The notes under the pieces were generated by a model, which saw only the letters and a list, made by a program, of their open reading frames with translations, made no database searches and was not told the DNA's origin. DNA of 64,000 nucleotides from sequence record LT598654.1, one strand, 5' to 3'. Numbering within the stretch: position 1 is the first letter of the stretch; each line of letters begins with the position of its first letter. A program made the position numbers and the translations under genes. Shown here piece after piece: positions 28,545 through 37,225 of this stretch.

Positions 28545-29250
28545 AAGTAAAACCTTGTGCTGAAATTGTGTTGAAGAATTCCTGTCGTGCAGATGGGCTA
28601 TCTTTAAGCGCACCGCGAACAACGGTTGTTACCATTGAACTGTTTTCGTGAGCATGGACACCTCGCATGGTCATACACATGTGAGTTGCCTTAACCACGA
28701 TAGCTAAACCTTTAGGCTTAATCAGTTCTTCAATCTCATTTGCAAGAATCTGAACAGCTTCTTCCTGAATGTGAGGACGACCCATAATCCAGCTAGTGAT
28801 GCGGTTGAACTTACTCAGTCCAATCACTTTCTCACCAGGAATTACACCAATCCAAGCTTTACCGTAGATAGGTACAAGGTGATGTGAACATGTTGACTTA
28901 ACATCAACAGGACCTACCGTGTACATTTCATCAAGGTCTTTGGCGTTAGGGAATTCTGTAACGCGAGGTTTAGGTACGTAACGACCAGCATACAGTTCAC
29001 GAAGATACATTTTAGCAACACGCTTTGCTGTTTCATTGGTGTTGTGGTCATTTTCAGTGTCAATAACCATTGTCTCAAGGACACCTTGCATCTTGCGTTC
29101 AAGTTCTAACTGGAGCAAGTCCAGTTCACCAGGTTCAATGAATTCAGAAATATTGTCGTTAGCATGGAACGAACCTTTGGCATCCTGAATACGCTCACGG
29201 ATAATAGTGCTGATTGGTGTAACAGAATCCGTAACTTTTTGTTCTGACAT
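28534..29250 (-). CDS. folE: GTP cyclohydrolase I (FolE)
   Basis: ETAKRVAKMY, STCSHHLVP, IGLSKFNR, PHIQE, HMCMTMRGV, R.EF. Confidence 0.96.
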   Translation of the reverse strand: MSEQKVTDSVTPISTIIRERIQDAKGSFHANDNISEFIEPGELDLLQLELERKMQGVLETMVIDTENDHNTNETAKRVAKMYLRELYAGRYVPKPRVTEFPNAKDLDEMYTVGPVDVKSTCSHHLVPIYGKAWIGVIPGEKVIGLSKFNRITSWIMGRPHIQEEAVQILANEIEELIKPKGLAIVVKATHMCMTMRGVHAHENSSMVTTVVRGALKDSPSARQEFFNTISAQGFTYGN

Positions 29251-29258
29251 TATTTTTC

Positions 29259-29891
29259 CTATACGTCTAATGGCGAAGCATGGATTCGATTACTCGGACC
29301 TATGCGAACTACATGTGAAAGTGAAGTAAACATACGCTTACTAAAAAAATTAACAGGGTCATCACCACCTAACACAACGATACGAGGTATAGAATCGAAG
29401 TGTACCAGTATGTCCCTAAGCATTTCTAATCTAGCAGGACTAGACTCAGTTGTAATGTTTGAAAGAATCAACAAACTAGGGCGCTGATCTCGAATGTGTT
29501 TTATGTAACCGTACTTAGAATCACCGTACATGCGATACCAGTAAGGCATACGATTGTGCGACCGATCACGATTACCATCTATACATTCAAAGACGGCAGT
29601 CTCCATAATATTTGCAGCAAATACCTTAGCGCGTAAGTCTGTAGGATAACTGTTAACGCAGGCTATAGTGTCTGGATACTTGAAAGGTTCTTCAAGTAAC
29701 TGGGTAGCGTATTCCAATTGAGCAGCAACACTAATAGGTTTGCTTTTAATGTCATCACCGATTTTAGGCTTAAAGGATACAAGACTTGTTTCTAAGTCAT
29801 ACTCAATCTTAGAGCCTTGAAACACGCTACCGTCAGCACCCCTGCTTCGCATCTGAGCAGCAACAGTTTTATCAAATTTAAAATGTAACAT
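29259..29891 (-). CDS. Hypothetical protein, possibly a degenerate P-loop/AAA-like fold (210 aa)
   Basis: Alpha/beta pattern with LLILSNI and RIVVLGG strands, but no Walker A motif. Confidence 0.6.
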   Translation of the reverse strand: MLHFKFDKTVAAQMRSRGADGSVFQGSKIEYDLETSLVSFKPKIGDDIKSKPISVAAQLEYATQLLEEPFKYPDTIACVNSYPTDLRAKVFAANIMETAVFECIDGNRDRSHNRMPYWYRMYGDSKYGYIKHIRDQRPSLLILSNITTESSPARLEMLRDILVHFDSIPRIVVLGGDDPVNFFSKRMFTSLSHVVRIGPSNRIHASPLDV

Positions 29892-29922
29892 AGAAACCTT
29901 TGTTTTATTTTATGATTACTAT

Positions 29923-30168
29923 TTACAGTTTAGGGTCTAGCAAGGATTTGTACAGAGACATACCCTTATCCGTAAGTTCCATAGAACCTGAGTTCTCGTA
30001 AACAACAACGAGGTCAAGCTTAACAAAACTCTTAACAGTAGCCTTAGCCACAGACCTGTACACACGATCAGACTTTGCAGTTCCAGCACAACATATATCA
30101 CCTAGAAACTTCAAAGCAGATACCTGTTTACGAGTTAACTTAAATCCGTCTACTTCAATTCCTGTCAT
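29923..30168 (-). CDS. Small hypothetical protein, possible winged helix (81 aa)
   Basis: LTRKQVSAL...TVKSFVKLDLVVV...MELTDKGMSLY resembles MarR-like wHTH patterns. Confidence 0.6.
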   Translation of the reverse strand: MTGIEVDGFKLTRKQVSALKFLGDICCAGTAKSDRVYRSVAKATVKSFVKLDLVVVYENSGSMELTDKGMSLYKSLLDPKL

Positions 30169-30904
30169 TACATACTAGGTTCTCTCCGAACCCTGCCTCC
30201 TTGTACAAGTCCTGTAATTCAAAAATTTTAACAGGATAGTTTCGATTTTCCTTGAATGCCCAGTCTGCTCTACTGCTATACAACTCTACGTTATCCCACC
30301 AAAGCATAGGGTCTTTACCTGCTTCTTCGGTAAGCTTTTCATCACGACGAGTCCAACCAATACCTCCGTTATACATGGATAGTGCTTTAGACCACGAGTT
30401 GCAGTAGTCTTTACCTCGTGCGTTACCATCTAACCATTCCATATAGTAGATCATAGCACGTAATGACCATTCAGGATCAAGAGGCTCACCAGTTCCTAGT
30501 TCAGCGAACTTATCACCAACCCACTCTGCTGTGCTGTCAGTGAACTGTGTAAGTCCTGTAGCGTAAGGGCTTTTAGCATCTGTACGCCACGTACTTTCTT
30601 TGTGAACTTGTGCAGCGAAGGTACTAACAGGAGCATTAAGACCGAAAGTATACTGAGCGTAACGGGTTAGGCTACGCTTGTATACGAATGCGTTGTCAGG
30701 AACACCTGGATAGCGTGTTATCTCCTGCTCAACAACAGGAATAGTTTCTTCTACCACTTCACGCGGAATAGGAGTAGTTTCGACCTGAGCCTCTACTTCT
30801 ACTTCAACGGAAGGTGTTTCGGTATCCTGTTCGTCTTCACTGGTCTGTTTGCTACATGCACCTGCAAGTATACCCATTAAAAATATAAAGTATACTTTTT
30901 GCAT
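30155..30904 (-). CDS. Lytic transglycosylase (SLT domain) endolysin with putative lipoprotein signal
   Basis: Catalytic QVHKES, GLTQF, SMYNGG, KENRNYPVKI. The likely start MQKVYFIFLMGILAGAC (ATG 30902-30904) lies 2 nt after the holin stop. Confidence 0.88.
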   Translation of the reverse strand: MQKVYFIFLMGILAGACSKQTSEDEQDTETPSVEVEVEAQVETTPIPREVVEETIPVVEQEITRYPGVPDNAFVYKRSLTRYAQYTFGLNAPVSTFAAQVHKESTWRTDAKSPYATGLTQFTDSTAEWVGDKFAELGTGEPLDPEWSLRAMIYYMEWLDGNARGKDYCNSWSKALSMYNGGIGWTRRDEKLTEEAGKDPMLWWDNVELYSSRADWAFKENRNYPVKIFELQDLYKEAGFGENLVCNDRN

Positions 30905-30906
30905 GG

Positions 30907-31239
30907 TTAGATACCTACTGAAATACCGATAATACAAGCGAAGATTATTAACGCACGGCGGATAAACGCGAAAGGAATAGAACTTTTAACGTAGTCGTAT
31001 TCTTTCACCTCGTAGTCGTTGGTCTTGTTGGAAAGTTCCATCATTCGGTGATACATATCACTTGGACGGAAACGTCGAAATAACAACAAATCAATCCAGT
31101 AACCAAGCATTGCTGCAATTGAGATAAGACTTACCTTGTATAGGATAAGCTGAGCCTTTGCTTCGCTCATGTACCAGATACCAAGATAAAGCAATACGGT
31201 GATTAATGCAAAGATACCGCGTTGAATATTATTAGTCAT
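30907..31239 (-). CDS. Putative holin (2/3-TM holin family)
   Basis: LYKVSLISIAAMLGYWID.LLF...RP...RRALII matches the Holin_2-3 pattern as I recall it; directly upstream of the transglycosylase. Confidence 0.8.
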   Translation of the reverse strand: MTNNIQRGIFALITVLLYLGIWYMSEAKAQLILYKVSLISIAAMLGYWIDLLLFRRFRPSDMYHRMMELSNKTNDYEVKEYDYVKSSIPFAFIRRALIIFACIIGISVGI

Positions 31240-31252
31240 TTGTTTTTCCTAG

Positions 31253-31498
31253 TTAATAGCTTGCAAAAAATACAAAATAAACCAAAGAGGCTAAAATGAA
31301 ATGAGCACTTAACCCTGCTATAATAGCCTCGTCTTTTTTAAATTTACCTCGAATAACAGTGTACTTGTTCTTGAAATAAAGTTTGTCTTTAAAAAACAAT
31401 TTTAAAACACACTGTCCAATATAGGCATTAATGCTAATGGAATAAAAGAATACTCCGATAATAATAAGTATTGCGTAGTTTGTTCCAGGTGATAACAT
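31253..31498 (-). CDS. Small two-TM membrane protein, AT-rich
   Basis: Two hydrophobic segments separated by a Lys-rich loop; about 29% GC by hand count. Confidence 0.6.
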   Translation of the reverse strand: MLSPGTNYAILIIIGVFFYSISINAYIGQCVLKLFFKDKLYFKNKYTVIRGKFKKDEAIIAGLSAHFILASLVYFVFFASY

Positions 31499-31507
31499 TA
31501 GAGACTC

Positions 31508-33175
31508 CTACATTCGTCGGCTAAATAGTCCGCCTGAAGGTGCAGATTTCTTCTCTTTCTTCTGTTTCTTCTGTCGAGCCATTGCTTCAAGTTCACGGAT
31601 TTCAGATTCAGAGTAACCGTCATAATCGATAGAATATTTACCCGCTTCGTTTGCACTCATACCAACATTCTCTTTATACCACTGCATAGCGTCACCAGAG
31701 AATTGATATTTAAGTCCTTGCGAATGACGCCAAGTAGATTTGAAACAACCAATCGATTGTCCAAGTTCAGGGTCAACAAACATTCGAATGATAGGACTTT
31801 GCTTAGGTACGTCTTCGGAAGCAGGAGTCAGTATACGACTAGATTCCTGTTCCCAGTTAGGTGCATTAGACATAGGCATACCATAATAATGAGTGTCCCA
31901 ACGAGGTACGTTCAAACCTACTTGAAGCAATGAGCGCGTACCACATACAAGTCGGATAGTACCTGCGTTTGCGTCTTCCAGAATCTTCTCACGAATCTGC
32001 TTAGCTTTACCACTGCCACCAACGAACTGTGCTGCAATAGTGCTACCCCAAGCCTTGTTAACAGTATCAACAATGTCTTTAGAATGGTAGACTGTATATA
32101 CAGGAAACACAATAGAACGTCCGGCTTTCAAGTCTTTCAGGATTTGATCAACGATAAACTTATTACGCTTTTCGTGAGTTCCTAAGAAACGCATTGCACC
32201 TGTCCACGCACTAGGCCCTTTGTTTTGGAACTGTCGTTTGTTCTTAGGCTTTACGTCTGGGGTTTCATGTACATGGATAGTAGGAATCAAGGTATCAATC
32301 TTGGCTTCGGCTACCTTAGGACCAACAAGTTCTGTCATCAAGAAGTGCTTGCCGTCTTTACGCTTGATTGTTGCAGTACAGCCACCTTTATACTTGGTGC
32401 GAACACTACCAACAAGCTGAGAAAATTCGTTAGCATTTGCTTTTTGAATTTCATCAATCCACAAAGTACCGAAGTTTTGATTCAGCCACTTGCGTTTCTT
32501 CTTACCGTTCTTATCACTGATAAGAGACTGGTAGGTCATGATTCCAATTTGATACTGTTCAAAGTCCTCTTTCTTTTCGAGCCAGCCGTACAAACGTTTA
32601 CCTGTCTTTTCTTCAAGCTTAGGTAGGTTTGTATGAAGCTTAATCTCTTTCAAGAAGTTGTTGAGGTAATCGCGTTGGTTAGCAATGATAACGAAGCGAT
32701 GCCCCATTTTGATACCAATAGCGATAGAAGTTACTGTCTTACCTGTACGCGGAGGTGCTTTGATAATACCGTGTTTGTGATAAGCCCAGTCTTCTACCAG
32801 AGGTATTTGTTTAGGTCTTAGTTGACCAGTAAACTTGACTTTGTAATCAAATTTACTCTTAGTACGCAAGTCAACTACTTTGAATTGTGAGAACTCAATA
32901 CCTAGCTTTTCTTCAACGTTGAGGCGATCGCCAATAGGTAACGCGGCATAAGTAACGCCTCGATAAACATAGGTGCTCCAAGTTCTAATACAACCTTGAT
33001 AACCACCTAGTTCACAGCTTGCGCATTCTTCGGTGAAGCGTATCTTTCTAAAGTCGCAACTTTTACATATCGTGTCATCATAACGGTGATGATCATAATG
33101 CTTTTTCAGATCGTCCTCGTCGATGTACTCAAAAGGGATATACATCTTGGCACGTAAGTAGAGTTTATCGCTCAT
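31508..33175 (-). CDS. Superfamily 2 helicase (UvsW/ResIII-like)
   Basis: Walker A APPRTGKT, Walker B WIDEIQ, motif III GCTAT, VGLNVP, QESSRI; N-terminal CxxC pairs. Confidence 0.9.
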   Translation of the reverse strand: MSDKLYLRAKMYIPFEYIDEDDLKKHYDHHRYDDTICKSCDFRKIRFTEECASCELGGYQGCIRTWSTYVYRGVTYAALPIGDRLNVEEKLGIEFSQFKVVDLRTKSKFDYKVKFTGQLRPKQIPLVEDWAYHKHGIIKAPPRTGKTVTSIAIGIKMGHRFVIIANQRDYLNNFLKEIKLHTNLPKLEEKTGKRLYGWLEKKEDFEQYQIGIMTYQSLISDKNGKKKRKWLNQNFGTLWIDEIQKANANEFSQLVGSVRTKYKGGCTATIKRKDGKHFLMTELVGPKVAEAKIDTLIPTIHVHETPDVKPKNKRQFQNKGPSAWTGAMRFLGTHEKRNKFIVDQILKDLKAGRSIVFPVYTVYHSKDIVDTVNKAWGSTIAAQFVGGSGKAKQIREKILEDANAGTIRLVCGTRSLLQVGLNVPRWDTHYYGMPMSNAPNWEQESSRILTPASEDVPKQSPIIRMFVDPELGQSIGCFKSTWRHSQGLKYQFSGDAMQWYKENVGMSANEAGKYSIDYDGYSESEIRELEAMARQKKQKKEKKSAPSGGLFSRRM

Positions 33176-33182
33176 GTTATTC

Positions 33183-33521
33183 CTAACAAAGGTTTGATAA
33201 TACGTGTGACCACACTTTGGATTTACGGAAAGGTAAGTACGGTGTAGTCTCTTGGAATAGTTTTACAGTACGCCACTTGGTGCCTTCATCAGTTTCGTAG
33301 TCCAAGCTTAACTCAATAGGCATACAGTCTATATCCAATACAGTTCTGCTTAGGTCTAACTCAAACCCACCTACCATACTGAGATAGTTTCTGTACCACT
33401 CACGCCCAGCGTTTTCGCGTAACTGTTGAAGATTGTAGTTGCCTGTTGCACATTGCAAGTCTTCTACGTCAACACCGTAAACGTGGGCTAAGGATTCGAG
33501 TAGTTTATCCACCGAGAGCAT
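33183..33521 (-). CDS. Hypothetical protein (112 aa)
   Basis: Packed ORF overlapping the upstream stop. Confidence 0.65.
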   Translation of the reverse strand: MLSVDKLLESLAHVYGVDVEDLQCATGNYNLQQLRENAGREWYRNYLSMVGGFELDLSRTVLDIDCMPIELSLDYETDEGTKWRTVKLFQETTPYLPFRKSKVWSHVLSNLC

Positions 33522-33717
33522 TCGCTACGCAGTAAGACAGATATGACACAAAGACACGAGGGTCTGGTGTCTGGTTGTGCTGTTCGCATTCCAACTTATA
33601 ACGCATACGAGGTTGGAAGAACTCGAAGTACTTCTTCAAAGGAGGATAAAGTTCTTCTTCCTCTACCTCAGGAGTGTTATCCAAGTCTGCTGATTGTTTT
33701 TCTGGAGGCAATGCCAT
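33505..33717 (-). CDS. Hypothetical protein (70 aa)
   Basis: SD AAGGAAA upstream; packed. Confidence 0.65.
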   Translation of the reverse strand: MALPPEKQSADLDNTPEVEEEELYPPLKKYFEFFQPRMRYKLECEQHNQTPDPRVFVSYLSYCVANALGG

Positions 33718-33726
33718 AGTGTTTCC

Positions 33727-34266
33727 TTAATTGATATTAACGTGGTCGCGTTTTGATATAATAGTAAATGCGTCCACTAAGTGTTTAACAGTAAAGCTGG
33801 CTTTGTCAATGTCCTCTATAAGGATGCGAGTGATTTTAATCAGCTCGTCGGTATCATCCAAATAGCGGTGCATCTTATCCATTACCGCTTTAATAAAGTT
33901 TTTGCGTTCTTCTTTAGTACGCAGAGGTTTTAATTCATGCGCGTACTTTATCAAGAAATAACTTTCAAAGCTTTCGATCATCTTAGCCAATGAGGTGTTT
34001 GCTTCGGTACAAGAAACAAGTATCTCACTGTATCGGTGTCGATTAGTAGTGTCACGAATAGCAGCCTCTGAAAGGTGCTGGACAAAGTTAGGGTGACCTA
34101 CTTTAAGCTTGTGTATCTTACGCATACGGTGAAGCGTTTTCAGTTCATCCTTAAGGTCGTCAAAAGGAAGCTGAAAGAGGTCAGACGTATCGAAGGTAGA
34201 CTTTAACCTTTTATACCGGGTATCCGATTTAAGGATTTTGCGAATCTTAGATATTTCTGCTGACAT
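33727..34266 (-). CDS. Hypothetical helical protein (179 aa)
   Basis: TAATG coupling with the upstream gene; coiled-coil character. Confidence 0.7.
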   Translation of the reverse strand: MSAEISKIRKILKSDTRYKRLKSTFDTSDLFQLPFDDLKDELKTLHRMRKIHKLKVGHPNFVQHLSEAAIRDTTNRHRYSEILVSCTEANTSLAKMIESFESYFLIKYAHELKPLRTKEERKNFIKAVMDKMHRYLDDTDELIKITRILIEDIDKASFTVKHLVDAFTIISKRDHVNIN

Positions 34267-34697
34267 TAAATTACCATATACTTGTTTATGTTAGGACTTT
34301 CAGGAATTAACAGGAAGCTGTCTTCCCTATCAGTATAAACAAAAACACCAGAGAACGATTCGTGATTAATAGAAACCATTTCGGTTAAGTCACTATCAAT
34401 CACAGTAACGCGGTCTTGTGCGATGCGCGTCTTCTTAGCGTTGGTGTCGAAGAAACTTCCAACGGGTCTACCCTCAGATGATTTAATGGTATACTGAATA
34501 CACTCAGTAGAGTGGACCATTGCAGTGTCAGTGACCAACTGCAAATCATCATAACCGATAGGCTTATCGTAGAACAGGACGAAATGAATTCGTCCCTTAG
34601 GACCTTTACCTAACTCGATAAAGGTATTTAGTTCTACAGGCAGTAAAGAAGATGCGATACTGAAAGGTTTTTCCAAGTCAGTAACGGGACTGGTCAT
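34266..34697 (-). CDS. Hypothetical protein (143 aa)
   Basis: TAATG coupling on both sides. Confidence 0.7.
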   Translation of the reverse strand: MTSPVTDLEKPFSIASSLLPVELNTFIELGKGPKGRIHFVLFYDKPIGYDDLQLVTDTAMVHSTECIQYTIKSSEGRPVGSFFDTNAKKTRIAQDRVTVIDSDLTEMVSINHESFSGVFVYTDREDSFLLIPESPNINKYMVI

Positions 34698-36019
34698 TAC
34701 TGAACCAGTGCGCAGAACTGAGTCAGTTTAATATCACTATCGGCATCCGAGTGATCTGACGTTAAGATAAACACGTTAGACTTTGCAGCACCTCGAACAG
34801 CGTAGGTCTTGGCGTTGAAGCTACCTAGCTTGATGTTGGTAAGCAGGTCGTTGAAAATCTTTGGATATAACTGAATCGTTTGTTCAGCAACCGCCGCAGA
34901 CTTGGTTTTCTTTTTACCTTTCTCTGCTTTCTGCTCAACATAGCTGAATGTGTTTGCAACACTTCCGTTGTCGTTAGAGAAAGAAAGGTTAACACCTTTA
35001 CTTGCGAACTTGGCACGAAGTACACCACTTGCTTTTTCAGTAACCAGAACCAAGAGGTTGTTGATTGTATCAGTACAGTCACGTACATTGATCTGGTATT
35101 CACCGGAGGGTTTCTTCTTGTTCACCATATCCATCAACGCATAGAATTCATCGATAGATGATTGTTCAGTTTCTTGAACAGGTGGAAGTGAAACAACGAC
35201 GTTCTTACTTAGTACGCGGAAACCTGCTTCGCTGATAAAGAAAGATGCCGATTGCTCTGCTTCGTCACCTAATACCTTGTTGATTACGTTAAACACTTCA
35301 TTGGTCAACGACATACGGAAAGGCTTTTCTTTGCCTGCTTCGAATTGACATTCAAACAAGCTCGATGCCCAACGTGTTTTGGTAATAGCTTTCAACACAC
35401 CGTCTTGGTAGTCGATGTAGATTTGGCTAGCCTGTCTGTCATCCAGGTGATCGATAAGACGGGTACGCTGTACACCTTCGCGTAAACGGCTAAGGAGTTC
35501 GCTTCCGATTCCGTTAGAACGTTTAAGCCCTTTGCCGAAAATATCATTAACAGCTGGAATCTGATCGACAGTAACAGGAGTTGTTTTAATAACCCCGTTG
35601 AATCTGCCATCTTTCATAGAAAGTTCAGTACCGTCGTACTTGAATTGAATGTTACCGCGACCCTTGATAATGCCTTTAAGAACTTCGGGTTCAAAGTTAA
35701 ACGCACCTGAGTCGGCTACTTCAATACCAGTATCGATAGCGATATTTGTATCAGAGGAGTAACCAATGATGAACAGGTTACCGCTATAACTAACAAGCAT
35801 GTGTCTACGCATTACGCTGCTGTTAGAAACAAAGCCAGTTACTGCAATAAGTTTGTCCACCGCTTCAACCATTATCTTGGCATCCATGTTGAACTCAAAC
35901 TTATTCTTCGATTTCTCCGACAACTGAATCTGAAAAGAAACTGCGCTATCTGATTTGGTAGTCTTCTTAGCGCGTGTCTTGCTCTTGGTAGGAGTTTTTG
36001 TTTTAGCTGCTTTCGCCAT
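34697..36019 (-). CDS. Putative DNA polymerase sliding clamp (DnaN/beta-clamp-like) with basic N-terminal tail
   Basis: Three repeats of the helix-strands-helix pattern of beta clamps (e.g. INVRDCTDTINNLLVL...VNLSFSNDNGS...IQLYPKIFNDLLTNI); size and position in the replication cluster fit. Confidence 0.55.
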   Translation of the reverse strand: MAKAAKTKTPTKSKTRAKKTTKSDSAVSFQIQLSEKSKNKFEFNMDAKIMVEAVDKLIAVTGFVSNSSVMRRHMLVSYSGNLFIIGYSSDTNIAIDTGIEVADSGAFNFEPEVLKGIIKGRGNIQFKYDGTELSMKDGRFNGVIKTTPVTVDQIPAVNDIFGKGLKRSNGIGSELLSRLREGVQRTRLIDHLDDRQASQIYIDYQDGVLKAITKTRWASSLFECQFEAGKEKPFRMSLTNEVFNVINKVLGDEAEQSASFFISEAGFRVLSKNVVVSLPPVQETEQSSIDEFYALMDMVNKKKPSGEYQINVRDCTDTINNLLVLVTEKASGVLRAKFASKGVNLSFSNDNGSVANTFSYVEQKAEKGKKKTKSAAVAEQTIQLYPKIFNDLLTNIKLGSFNAKTYAVRGAAKSNVFILTSDHSDADSDIKLTQFCALVQ

Positions 36020-36353
36020 CGTCTTTCCGTTCTGTTTGATTTGTTGAATTATTTTTACAGTTTACTACCTTGAACCCAACAAACTTCGATTGTAAGAATT
36101 CTATAGCTAACTGATAGCTCTGAGTCTTTAAAGGTAAGCATCCACCTAGTACACCGACTACGCTAACACCTACCATATTGTCCTGCAAAGGAATACACAG
36201 TGCAGGAGATTCAATAAGAGTCTCCGAACACACGTATATTGGGCTGACCAAACTACTCATAGTGTCGTAGTCAGCTTGCACCATTTCATTTAAACGATTA
36301 GCAACTGAGGTAAGCAGTTCTAAATCGTGACGTTCACTTAGTTCAGTAATCAT
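36003..36353 (-). CDS. Hypothetical protein (116 aa)
   Basis: Overlaps both neighbours (coupled). Confidence 0.6.
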   Translation of the reverse strand: MITELSERHDLELLTSVANRLNEMVQADYDTMSSLVSPIYVCSETLIESPALCIPLQDNMVGVSVVGVLGGCLPLKTQSYQLAIEFLQSKFVGFKVVNCKNNSTNQTERKDDGESS

Positions 36354-37225
36354 GTTCCTAACTCGTTACCGAAAGCGTATACGTGACAGCGCATACTTAA
36401 ACTATAAGCGTGTTGCATACACCACTCGGCTACCTGAGGTAAGATAGCTGTTTGCTGTTCTTGAGTAGCACCCATAGGCATCAAATAAATGTGCTCGTTG
36501 TCTGGGTCTAACCATTCGTCAGAACCGCCTACGTCAAGTAGTTCCTGCATTTTAGCAAGGTATAAACCAACTTCGGTTACATCAGTTTGTGTACCAACGA
36601 CAAACTTAAATGAACGCTCCATAGAATGGACTTTCATCTGACTAGACAGTGCTTTGAATGACCAAGCTTTACCGCGAGGTTCACCACTAGCTTTCATTTT
36701 AGGACTGTTAGAGAAGTGGATGCGAGTACTACCCATTTCGCTATTTAAAAACTCTACTAGTTCGCGTTTTATAGGTAAGCTGGCATTTGTCTCAATAGTG
36801 ATAGTACGCTCGTAAGCGTAACCGCGCTCATGTATAACTTTGAAGATTTCCAACAATGCTTTTTGGTTCATCATTGGCTCACCGCCAGTAAACACGAAGT
36901 CTACTAAGTCAGGTCTAACACCGATAGGTAACAAGCTAACACACTTGTCTACGATTTCAGTCGCAGTCATTTGTTTAGCAAGATGTTTGTAATCTTTATG
37001 CCAACTGTACCGGCTATCACAACCTTTGGTGAAGTCATCATTAGACAATTCTTCAATCGAATCTACGTGTCGGATAGGAATATCGCCAATGTTACCATCA
37101 CTGTCAATATTATCAAAACCCTTACATTCGAAGTTACAACCGAACAATCGGATAAAGAAAGAAGGACGACCAGTGTATAGTCCTTCTCCTTGGAGTGAAT
37201 AGAATATCTCTACTACGTTTATCAT
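36350..37225 (-). CDS. queE: 7-carboxy-7-deazaguanine synthase (QueE, radical SAM)
   Basis: EIFYSLQGEG..TGRP..FIRLFGCNFEC...CDS.YSW (CxxxC...C with a loop insertion), FTGGEP, TIETN, SPK, KFVV, YLMP, H.YAFG. Confidence 0.92.
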   Translation of the reverse strand: MINVVEIFYSLQGEGLYTGRPSFFIRLFGCNFECKGFDNIDSDGNIGDIPIRHVDSIEELSNDDFTKGCDSRYSWHKDYKHLAKQMTATEIVDKCVSLLPIGVRPDLVDFVFTGGEPMMNQKALLEIFKVIHERGYAYERTITIETNASLPIKRELVEFLNSEMGSTRIHFSNSPKMKASGEPRGKAWSFKALSSQMKVHSMERSFKFVVGTQTDVTEVGLYLAKMQELLDVGGSDEWLDPDNEHIYLMPMGATQEQQTAILPQVAEWCMQHAYSLSMRCHVYAFGNELGT

